The notes under the pieces are model-generated. The model was not told where the DNA came from. It saw nothing but the letters and a program-made list of their open reading frames with translations, and searched no databases. Both the position numbers and the translations under genes were made by a program. Positions 26,201-38,200 of a stretch of DNA of 64,000 nt are shown here, piece by piece (position 1 is the stretch's first letter; each line of letters begins with the position of its first letter). Source of the stretch: Phoronis australis (lineage: Eukaryota > Animalia > Phoronida); assembly GCA_002633005.1 (NCBI GenBank), contig NMRA01000003.1:480696-544695 (forward strand). Reading direction: 5' to 3'.

Positions 26201-29200
26201 GTAACAGATATCTGATCTTATCAAAACACAAATATCCAGTACAAATCAAAACATGAATGGAAAGCACATATGGTCTATACGTTTCCACAATTCAAGAAAC
26301 GGAGCTTACTTGAGCATTGATAGCTGTGTCTCAGGCAGTTTTGTGAAAAAGACCAGAATAACCAGTGCCGACACCTTGAAGGTTAATGTAGTGCTGGTGT
26401 CAGTCAACATGGCGCGGTACATGGTGAACACATCACTAAAGGCAGGATGACTTGGATCACTAGCAACCTGCAGTATAAAGGGATATACTATGCTAATGCT
26501 GGTGATGAATCGGACTACACTGGTCCATTAAATTTCGTAAATCCACATTACAATTAACGCATAACGTTAACTTTCAGTCTCAGTCATACCATTTGCTTTC
26601 CCTTTCAGTCATTGAATGCATTCAACCAAAGGGGCAGCAACTTTAACAAAGTGCCTGACCATAAATATAGCCCTTTACAATAAATAAATATAAACGTGTG
26701 TGTGCCTGTACCTGAGTAAAAAGTTAACATACTTTAGTTTCGACTCAACAAATTACCTGAAGTCCTCCTTAAGTTTTCAAAATAGTGTCCCTAAGATTTT
26801 TAAGTTACTGTGGAGTCGAGATTAACTGCATATTAAGTCTAAATTTACGCTGGACCGTACTCTGGAACCCCATAGAAAAACCCCGGACCAACACACATGT
26901 TGTTGTCACATGATGTTTGTTTTGAAGTTCGTCTGCGTGTGTGAGTGAGCAAGTGTGTGCAAGTCATCAGAGTTCATTTGCCAGAGTAAACATGATTGTA
27001 ACAATCTAGGTGTGCATTGTAAGGAAATTAACACAAGCAGTAAAGCAGAACATGGGTTTATTTAGCACTTGCTGTCTCATCTGCTAAAAAATGTTCGAGA
27101 ATTGTCTTGGTAAGACCGATGTCATTGAGTCGCCGGGTGACTGGATGTGTGACAGTCTAACAGTTATTTTTTGGGAGATTCAGGGGTGTAAAGGTGCATA
27201 AGTGTTCACCATCAGTGGGTCATTTTGACTTTAAAAACACCATTTATGACTAATTTAATAATTCCTCCTCAAAGTAACCCAAACATTTTTACAATATTTA
27301 TTTTTTGTCGTTGCTATGTTACCCGTTTCATGAATAGATAGTTCCCAAAGACTAATCTTCGATGACAGGTACTTGAATGCAGCGCACGCTTCCTGGCCAT
27401 GTGCTTTTAACAAAGGTCAAGTTTTTTTTAATCTTCGATTCGCGGTTTTCACATGTACAAAGAAATTTGGATTCCTTCTGAGGGAGAAGATCTGTACAGG
27501 AAAGATACAATACAATCTCTTTGCCAAGTACGCTGCGTCTGTTCTGAAAGGCCAGACCATAATAGGACATGTACCTTGCAAGATCAGCAATAACTTTTGC
27601 GTTCTTTTTGAAGGACGGTAGAAGTTTGAAGTGTAGTCACGGCTAAATACCGACATAGCGCTTATTAGGGCAAATATGGTATGCATTTCACTCACAACTA
27701 TTCAATAATTGAATGATCAATGAAAAAGTATGACAAAGTAGACCAACAACCAATTAACTAAGTAAATGACAGTTTGATATCGAACAAACAATGGATATGA
27801 GAAAACGTTTCATTCCATCATTAAGATGTCGATACGTCCACACTCACTCGTGAGTCAATGATGAAAATATTCTTCAGAAGGCTGAGTGCTGATTCCTTTG
27901 ATTCTTGACTTGATGCTGCAGTCCACCATAAGTGAAACGAAGACCATGAGCCAAGAATGGTGCTGGCGACCTCCAATCCAAATCTGGCAGACATAAGCAA
28001 GATCACATTAAAGCAGTATTACTAAAAAATATTTTCAGAACAAGTGGCTACACGTCAAGTATTTCACAAAAACCAGCATAAATTTGGTAAATAAGTGAAA
28101 GTAAGCAACTTTTACGAGAAAACAATTATCAGAGGACATAAAATTCCGATTCCCCATGATTTTCAAACCCAAACAGCAACTTAAAATGAGACGAATTGTT
28201 GTGCAAGAACAATTATGTAAAGTATTGTAATGCATGAATGGCTGCACCACAAAAATCATGATTCAAGGGGTATTTTTTATCCGTTTCATGTAATGTAAAC
28301 TTTCATGTCACACCTGAAGATCGACCACCACTACCACTATGACATATACACTGTATATAAACACACATAAATCCACTTACTTCTTTCTCGCAGTACTGTC
28401 TTTGATCAAATATTCCAGAACACCATGCAGAATATCACTGACTAGAACACTGTCAGAATGGATGTAATGTGTCAGCTCTCCCATGAAATCTTTCATGACA
28501 GTAACAAGATGGCTCCCAACAGCCATTTTGAATGTGTTGAGGAACAACACCCCCTGGTGTGACTCATTGTGACCAACTGTGGTGAGCACTGGAGTCTTGT
28601 CTAGCAGAACTTTCAGAACGTCTGAAACCTACAAACAATAACTTACAAAGACACTCATTAACGAAAGCAAAATGTTAAACAAGAGCAAAGCAGTGCATTG
28701 CAACGCAAACAATGTACATGTAAATGCAGACGATAAAATGCAGGCAAGTTAAAACAGTAGTGTTATACACATAGCGTACAATGATGATATCACAAATATT
28801 CTGCATACCTGAATGTGTAAAAGGAATGTTAAGTCTAACAGTCGTTGAAATACAACTTGTAGGCTAGGCGACAGGCTGGTCATCACAAGGTGGTCGTTTT
28901 CCTTTCTCACTAAACCCTGCACAAGAAAACAAATACATAACTACAAGATAACAATTTAACTTTTATTGTGTTTATAACCCAACATGACAACACTTTATTC
29001 CTTGTCCTCATATTTATTTATCTACAATATGTCAACAATGAATTCACAACATGTCTGCACTGATGAAGTAGTAACATGTCATAAAAAGCTATCAGAAAAA
29101 AAACACATCAAGTTCCTACCTGAAACACTATGTTCAATAGTTCCACTCCTAGTTGGCTACCAGCTGTAGACACTGAATTGAGATAGCCCGACTTCTGTAG

Positions 29201-32200
29201 ACACTCCAGTCCTGTCACTAAATGTAGTACATGGATTGGATCAAAGGTGTCACTGCCGTAGGACTTGAGCTGGTTCAGCAGGTCACATGCACTATAATAA
29301 AGTCATTCAAGTTAATGTTTAGCATCTGTCTGGTATGCAAACACCAGTTAAAAGGTTGCCCACACCTACATATTAATTAGACAGTTTAAACACCCTGACT
29401 GAAAAAAATAGCAGTACAACATTTCAGTCTTAGTACAAAAAAGGATTCCTCAAACAAAACTTAATGGAGTCATCAAAGCCTGAAGATCACATACCTGTTT
29501 GGTGCCAGTTCTTCTGACAGACACTTTTTGAACTGTGCTTGCAAAGGGGCAGGCAGGTAACGATTGAAAATGTGCAGTATTTGCTCACACTGTAACAAAG
29601 ATCATGTCACTGATCACAACAACTAGTGAGTACACGAGAATAATCTTTAATATAAGCTTTCTTTCTATGCCATATAGATTCATAACGCAAACACCACTAA
29701 CAAAAATGTTTACGTTCAACTGCTATTGCCTTGTTTTGCATCAAGATGAAAACATATCTGGTACAATCACTTCTTAATCTTAAAATATTTATTCAGGTAG
29801 AAACTAGATTAATCTGTCGTTCACCTTATGCATATTGTCTGTATTAAATGCAAAACATTACCTCCTCAGGTAGCTTGGTGACCACTTCAACATCTCCTAG
29901 ATTAAATCCAACATTAGCAGGACACAAGGTACAGCGACAAACCAGAAACCACAAACTGTCATTCCACACATCAGGTGGCACCACCTACAATGGGGGTCAG
30001 ATGACATGAAAACACAGACAGAATATTGAGAATCTCAGCAAGATCACTTGGCTTCAACCAAATACATGAAATGAACAATACATACAGTCGGACCATGACC
30101 TAATTATTCACAATTTAGTTCTTACCTGAAAAAATTCCTTCGGAAACTTTGCCATCAATACACTCAAAAAGTTGAGTAGCCGGACGACGACTGTACACTT
30201 TGACCTAAAACCAGAAGATACAAATGAAAATTTAATAATGAAGACCAAGGAATATCTAACCACAAACTTGAACACACCTACAGCAGGACATCTTATGCAT
30301 TCTTGAACAATCAGCAAATTTCAGTAGGTGAATGAGACAGACAACCCACCTGTTGTACAAATCTGCTTCTAAAGGTGTGAACACCGTAGTTAATGAGTTC
30401 CCTTTGAAGGAGTGACTGGCTTCCTCAATGCTGTGTAAGGCAAGGTGAGACAGGAAGTATTGCACAGACTTAAAGATGTTTGCCCCGGAAGAGCCTACAA
30501 AACAATAACAACCAAACTACCACAATGATCAAATTGTGATGATTTCCTTAGGATCGATAATTTAAAGGCGAAGGCAACCTTTTTCCATGTCATTTTGAGC
30601 TAAAATAAGGTTGGTTGGTTATCCTAGACATATTTTCCACTTAATTACAGCTTTTCGTAATTTTATTAATTACTCGTCCGCTACTCCGGAAGTGACGTTT
30701 TAGGAGGCAAGCATTTCGCGCCAATTTCTTTTCATATAGTCTGACTGTGAGAGCTGCCGAGTCAGTCATTGTTCTACCTCGGTTGTGTTAAGTTCCGTCG
30801 TCGTTTGCTTTCATTTACTAGTCAGTCAACATGCCACACTGTTGCTGCGTACCGGGATGTAGTAATTATCGGCTCACGCGCGCTTTGGGAGTGCCTTTGC
30901 ATCGCTTTCCGATGGATGACACACTTCGCCGTACTTGGCTCGTTCGTGTGAAGAACGCAGCGTTACCCGTCCACGCAACGTACAAAGCAGTGGAGAATTA
31001 CCGTGTGTGTGGCAAGCACTTTCTGCCGTCCGATTACGAAAGGGATTTGTACGCTGAACTGATGAAGGTCCCCGCGAAACAACGCTTGAAGAAGGATGCC
31101 ATTCCGTCTGTGTTGATTCCCGGCAGTGCCCCGTCGCCACCCCCGAGAAGTGCGTTTTTGAAGCGAGAAGCCTCGCGAGCTGTGGCCAGTACAGTGACTG
31201 GAGCCAGTGGAGGCACTTCATCTACTGTCACCCGTGCCTCCGAACGTACCCCAGAGCGTGCAATTCCTGGAACCAGTAGTGATTCGCCCTGTGCTGTTTT
31301 CTCCAGCCCAGAGCCTCTAAGCAGCCCTGCAGCGATATTGAGTAGTGGGAGTGATTACAGGCCCAGTTCGACACCCAGTGAAGAGGACAGTTCGTCGTCC
31401 AGTGAACAGATCGGTGAGCCAAACTTTGATAAGTTTATTGTGGACTTGTCTAAAGTGTTGGAGCTATTTAGAAGGTGCCAGGTGTGTGGCGAGGGAGTCA
31501 CACGACACGATGTAAGCAGTTTGGGTGCTCAGGTCACCATCCAGTGGGAGTGTGTCGCGGGACACTCTGGCAAGTGGGACAGTTGTTCCTCTGTCCGTGG
31601 TATGCCGGAGGTCCACTTAACCATGTCCAGTAGTGGCTTGGCCTCGTCGAACTCTGAACAGCACAAGCATTCCATTGAGGTAGGCATAACAACGCACACA
31701 GTGCATTTGCACCAAGATGTGTCACCACGTCTGTCCTCAGTAGCCGCCTCGTTTCTCTCAACAGCTGCCTGTGCCTGTGCGTACTCTGCCTCGTTATACT
31801 CGGGCTCAAACATGTACCCACCCACTGAATGTCCGTGAAAAAATTCCTCGTCACCACTGCTGTGAACAAGGTCTCCGTTACTCACACTACTGTCACTGTG
31901 ATGCGGGTCACCGACTCCAGCCATTTTCAGCTTACAACACACTAAACAATCCCTAAATCCAACGTAGTTGAGTTCTCTATTAACCCATCTTGCCGCAGAA
32001 TACTCGCCGATGGAAAGTGGTGGCGACAATTGTTGAAAAATAGCACAAAACAAAAGTAGAATAGAGCAGATTCGCACGGTAAAGTCAACGCAAAACCAAG
32101 TGGCGGGAAACGCTTGCCTCCTAAAACGTCACTTCCGGAATAGCGGACGAGTAATTTATAAAATTACGAAAAGCTGTAATTAAGTGGAAAATATGTCTAG

Positions 32201-35200
32201 GACAACCAACCAACCTTATTTTAGCTCAAAATGACATGGAAAAAGGTTGCCTTCGCCTTTAAACAACTATGATATTTTGTTTGTTTCCCAAATGCAACAA
32301 AAGTATAGATCTTGTAGTTTTAATAACAAAAAATGTCATTTATCCAAGGTAGAATGCAGAACAAAATTCCGTTAACAGCTGATGTCACTATAGTTTTGAA
32401 AAACTAAAGAAATGTAGAATTTACCATACGCAAAATTAATGGTACATTAGAAAAACACAACAAAAATGAAACTTACTACTGTAACAATTATAATGCTGGT
32501 AAATGTATATGTATGTTTATGTATATTTGTATTGTAATTGTTAGTTTGTTACAATAAATGTTTGAAAAAAGTGATAATTTTAGTCTCAAAATAATCCCTC
32601 CTAAAAGCACATACATATAAATAGTACATAATTACAGTAACTGACTATGAATTATATTGAAAAAGACGAACCAGTGAATAACTGCAGGGGGGTCAGTAGG
32701 TGCTGACCAAATACCCAGGTGTATCCATCCAAAGCAGCCAACAGGGAATCAAACCAGTGAAGGGTGGACCGTAGTGTGAATGTGTCCGACAAACACACTA
32801 GGACAGGGAACTTGGCAATGCCACCACGGTGACTCACAGCACCACTCAGCTCCAGCCTGTAATAAACTACATGGTATGAAGTATCACATGCTGGCAATGT
32901 AAATGGACCCAGAACACAGGGACATACAACACCCACAGTGGCTACAGTACAACTCCGCTGTAGGCTAACACACAACATACAGAATTATAAATGTGACTTA
33001 AGTTTTTAAAACTGTGTTGGGAAACTTAGGTGTCGAATAAAAAGCAGTGGGTGGTGTTAACAATAAAGAACTCTCTTTTTGTGATCGGAATAGATTGAGA
33101 ACAGGAAACAGTTCATCAGCAAGGGGCTGTGTGATAAGGGACCATGGGATTTACCTGAACGCAGGAACTTCTGTGAGAAGGTCCCTTGCTTCAATTGCCA
33201 TGCTTAGTGCTTAGTTCCCCATAAAAAAGGCTACTCACAACCCTGTTTACAAACAAATCCTAGCTAACTTAAATTGTTAGAAAATCAACTTCATATTTTG
33301 GATTGTGCAGCACATTGTAAAAGGGCAAATCAGTTTATTAATAAATACTCAATGATAAAAATGCCTTTTGTAGTTCACCTCATTCAGATTTAGAAATAGT
33401 TGCCTCTGTGTGTCTGCATAGCTCATCATGAGACACAGCACGCATTTCACAAACACAAGTAAAGCTAGCGTGATCATTTGCTTCACTAGTACTCCATGGT
33501 GATATCTTGAGAAGAAACTTGTTCTACAGAAGACACCCCCAGCACTCCTGAGGAAACAAGCTTAACGTACCTGTCAATGAAGAACCTTGGCTTATTTTTC
33601 TCTAGTAAGATTTTGAAGTACTCAATGGGACTAGATATGCCTGAAAAACAATAGCCTCCAAGTAATATTTTTGTCAGTTATGGAACTTTTAACTTTAGGC
33701 AAATTTTCAACACATGATTACATTAACCTAACAAAAAGCCAGTTGTAAACTGCAGACAATAGTGCAGACGCTAGTGCAGATGCTAGTGCAACAAACTGCA
33801 TGTTCAGATGGTCACTGACCTTTCTTTATCATAGTTATGAAAATCAGACAAGAAAACACAAAGTATAACTTCTCAGACATTCCATATCCCAAAAGAAATC
33901 TAATGCAACACAAATGAAAAAGATGATCAAAGTAAAGGAGATTAACCTCCTGGCACCTCACTTACTTGGAAGACAGGTACACAACTTGAATACAAGCTCC
34001 ATGCAGGTGTGTCGGCAGGCAGTCTGTGCTCGACCACACTGTTGTAACAGCCAACTTACAGCTTCCTCCAGGTTACACCTGGACCAACACCTGCACATGA
34101 TGTTAACTAAGCTATCTCAACAAGTCAAGTCAAGTCAATGGATGTGACTTGAAACAAAAGTAAAGCAAAGCATTGAAATGCACCCACGACTGCACTATAA
34201 ATGATACGCTTCTAGTTGTGTTTATTCGTGTCATAAATATGGCCAGTAGGGGGCCCAGAATACGTCAAATCCGTAAAAAAAATGGGCAGGTATCATCATT
34301 GCTCTAACAGAAACCTATTTGCCAAGTTTCACTAAAATCCGTTTGGAACTCTGTAAATACGGATTCAGCAAACACCAAAAAAATAAAATTGCCATTAAAA
34401 GCACAGCAGTAATCGGACTTGTCCAAAGTCGTCATCATTTGTCGTCAGCTCCAAGCTCCATAGGAACACATCAGAGCACATTCATAAAGATCTTCCCAGG
34501 TGCTTTGGAGATACAGAAGTGGATGCCATACACCAAGATGCCCAGATGCAGATGGCGGTAAAATGCAGTCACATATTTTTATGCGGGTGCGTAACAAAAA
34601 GTATCTTGAAAACATTTAACTTTCACTGGTGATTTATTTGCCATTTATATTATGAGATCAGTTTGGAAAGCTAGACAACAATTACTTTAATATAACATAA
34701 TTATTAATATTAAATTTACTGTGGGTAGCCCCTTCAATGCAAAAACATTAGTCTTATTTATCGTGTTTAGCCTACACTGTGTGGCAACAATCAAAACTGG
34801 GAAGTATCACAGCACAGTCAATATAGTGTTCTTGTCGGTGAATTAACAAACTGGGAAACTCTTTTTAAAGAATTTCCAGAATCACTGCACACTAAAAATA
34901 GGCTGACTCAGGATCTTCAAATCACCACATAAGTTTCTCAAACATGTAATATAATTGAAATAGTGAACATACATTGTATAGGTCTTGGTTAAACTTAAAA
35001 CACAGAGTATTGTGTCAAGATGTTTTAGTTTGAAACCCTCAAAGGCTTTAACAGGACAAACAGAGAATAAATATACTGCAACAGACAAAAATAGTTTTTT
35101 AACGAGCATTGTTCCGATAAGAAATCTTTCCACTTAATGTTAAAGTGTTCTTACTTTGGCTTCCTCCTGTTGACCTCATGACCTTTCAACAACATGGCCG

Positions 35201-38200
35201 CCTTTGTGCTCATGATTTTCTCCACATGTTTCAACACTTGCTTGCCTGCCTCTTGTGTTCCCAACGATTTCTCATCATTGTGGGCTATAGCCAGACTTTC
35301 CACAAAGTTGTAGAGAATCTCAAAGATAAAGGTGTCCACCAACGCATCCTCCTCCCTGAAAACAGCATAATTAAAGTTCAAACTACCATTTGCTTTCGTT
35401 GCCCAATACAAAAAAGACAGATTTTCTGTGAACGAAGTATATTGATATGTTGACTTTTCATTACTAGATTTTATTAATACAAGGAGCAAAAAAACAGTGT
35501 TCAAAGTGAAAACGACTTGGAAAATCACATTGTTGAGAATTTTTAATGACATTTTAGAGCTCAAGACAAAACATGAATTTTATAGATGCTAGCAGAGCAA
35601 GTAACAATTATTAAGATATATGTTCCAATTTCAAATTCATTCATCGTCTAACCTTAACACTCTGTATATGTTGTTGAAGGCTAGAGCAGCTCCAAAACGC
35701 TTGAACGAACTTGGATGTAAAGAATAACTGTACAGACGCTTCATGAGCGATTTGGCGTTCACTGGGCTTCTCTTCTGTTGCTAAACAGGGCAACAAAGGT
35801 AGTGATATATCATTTCATCTAATCACAATATCTAATCACAAAAACGGTATATTGTAATGAAATATTGTGGATTGATTACATTTGCATGCTGTAAGATCAC
35901 TGACGTGAATTGTTTATTAAAAATCACTGGCATACAATATTCATATGGATGTAAAACCACCGTCTGGACAAAGAAAGTGAAGTGGATTGGGGTGAGCAAA
36001 TATCATGTACTAGTGACAAACAGTATGAACTCAACGACTTTTCACTTAGTGAACATTTAATGGGGTCAAAACAGATCAAGTTATACTCCCGCAATGCAGT
36101 CAATAAATAACACATGAAATCTCACAAATTTGGCAATTTGGTCTCAATCACCAGAAAATCAAACACAAATAACCATAAGGTACTGGGTTTTACTATGTCT
36201 TTTATGGTTTCGGAGACTTCTTCTTTTCCTACAAGTGAATACTTATCAACAGTGGAAAAACTGAAATGCTCATTTTTCCTCAACAGTTATTGAAACTTCA
36301 AGACAGGACAACAAGAACTCCATCAGACTAAGCATAATCAATCACAAAAGACACATAGATGACATTCTAACACGGTATTTGTTCTATAGAGAAAATCACT
36401 ACCAAAAATCCCTTTTGGCGCTTCACAAAGTACTGCTCTATTGAACACTGTCACACACACCTTAATTAATGGAACATGAACCAATTTTCTGCTATCCTTT
36501 CACACAACTATAGTGACCTACTGGCGAACTCAATGTTCATTTCAACATCACCTCATTAACAATGAGCACCAAATTACTAGCTCCTAACCAAGCACAGCAG
36601 ACGTGCACAAACCTCTTTTGACGTCTGCTTGATGGACCACTTCAGGAACTCATTGACAGAGCGAGCACTCATGTCTCTCAAAGCAGAGTCTTCAGGTTGG
36701 GACAGACCATCCTAGAAACAAAGCCCAAATAAGGTCACTTTATATTCCAGCATCTTATACTACAGTTCGTACAAAGGTAAATCGGGTTAACGGAAAAAAG
36801 CACATTCTAAATGCAGAATATTTCACCACAAATTCCCAACATTTTCATGCATGAATAGTACAAAACAACGAACTATATAAGTCCAGTCAGACACTCATGG
36901 AAATTAGCGACAGTATGTCCCAGAGGAGGGATTCAGCAAAGAACATTTTTCTGGTCTTTCTTAAAGTCAAAGTTCAACGTAAAGGAAGCAGAAGATCTTA
37001 CAAGTGGTTGTTGATTTATAAAAAAAATATATTTTTTAAATTTTGAGAATGAAGTACACAACATATTTTCCAACAGGAGCAAAACTGACAAACAAAAACG
37101 AACCATAATAGAGTCTAGCAGTGCCATAGTTTCCGGGCTCTCAAACGTCCGATTTTGTGTGAACCAATGAATGAGCTGAATCACCAAAGGTTCAAACAGT
37201 TGCTTGGCAACCTGCAACACAATCACATCCAAAACATTCCATACCTAAGATATTTCTGGCAACAATTTAAACATCTGCAAAACAGAAATGGCCATTTAAA
37301 TGATTTAACATCAAGAGCGTGGATTTTAAAAGGTGTATACTTATGAAAGCCATGATATAAAATTAATATAATGAACTTAACAATCGATATAATGAACTTA
37401 ACTTAAAGCAACAATAAACTCGCACTTCATCCAAAAATGAACTTTTGATTATGACGGCTCACTGCTATAAAATTGATCTCACCTAGTTCTTTACCCACAT
37501 GAGAAGTGAGTTTGGACTTCTAAACAAGTAAAAATTGATTTTTTCTCGAGACCGTGCTCGGCACTTAAAATGACAAAAAGTGACTAGCACACTTGCAGAA
37601 GTTTGTTTCTAGCACTAACAGTTTTTTCAAAGCCCATATAGTGGCACCTATTTCATAATGGTAAGTGGTCTAAACCAAAAGTTGGTTAACATGATGTAAG
37701 TTATAGTCACTTTAAATTGAAACAAGATCAACCAAACGTTAAAATCAATCAATCAATCAATACATTTATTGTACATCATAGGCATGGCCTACACATACGT
37801 AAATTCAAATGTAAATTCAGAATATTTACACTGAGAGCAATTATTCTCTTAAAGCCACAGCCTTCTGAATATACAATCTTGACTCAATACTAACTTCAAT
37901 TATTGAATAAATTGATACAATGCATCACCTGCTCAACATCAGAGGCCAGCTTTAACAGAGCAGGGAAGCACTTTCTGTACAGCCTGTGGATACTCTTGCG
38001 TTCGTTGGATGACCCCTGATCACTGACCGGCTGTTGGACGCTAGTACCCAGCATGTAGAGTACGAGAGAGTGCAGGAGTTCACAGGCCGCGACCTTTGTC
38101 TGGCGGTCACTAGAGGACACAGCTAGCTCAGTGACAACAGGAAGGAATGGGTCTACAATATGAAGGTATGGCTCAGGCATTAGTGAGAACATAGTTGACC

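Larger units (their letters stand above)
30566..32258. mobile_element. Internally deleted Kolobok-superfamily DNA transposon
   Basis: TTAA on both sides (30562-30565, 32259-32262); 5'-AG...CT-3' termini; ~158-bp near-identical TIRs (30566-30723, 32101-32258); convergent THAP and Cys-rich ORFs. Confidence 0.88.

Noticed and set aside
30831-31838. Intact 335-aa host THAP-domain gene nested in PRKDC
   Set aside because: It lies between TIRs with a TTAA TSD, and its last ~70 aa are the antisense of the KolX-like ORF, so it is a deleted transposon.
30566-32258. piggyBac or P-element classification
   Set aside because: TTAA fits piggyBac, but the termini are AG..CT rather than CC..GG. THAP fits P elements, but those make 8-bp TSDs. 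The combination with a convergent Cys-rich ORF fits Kolobok.
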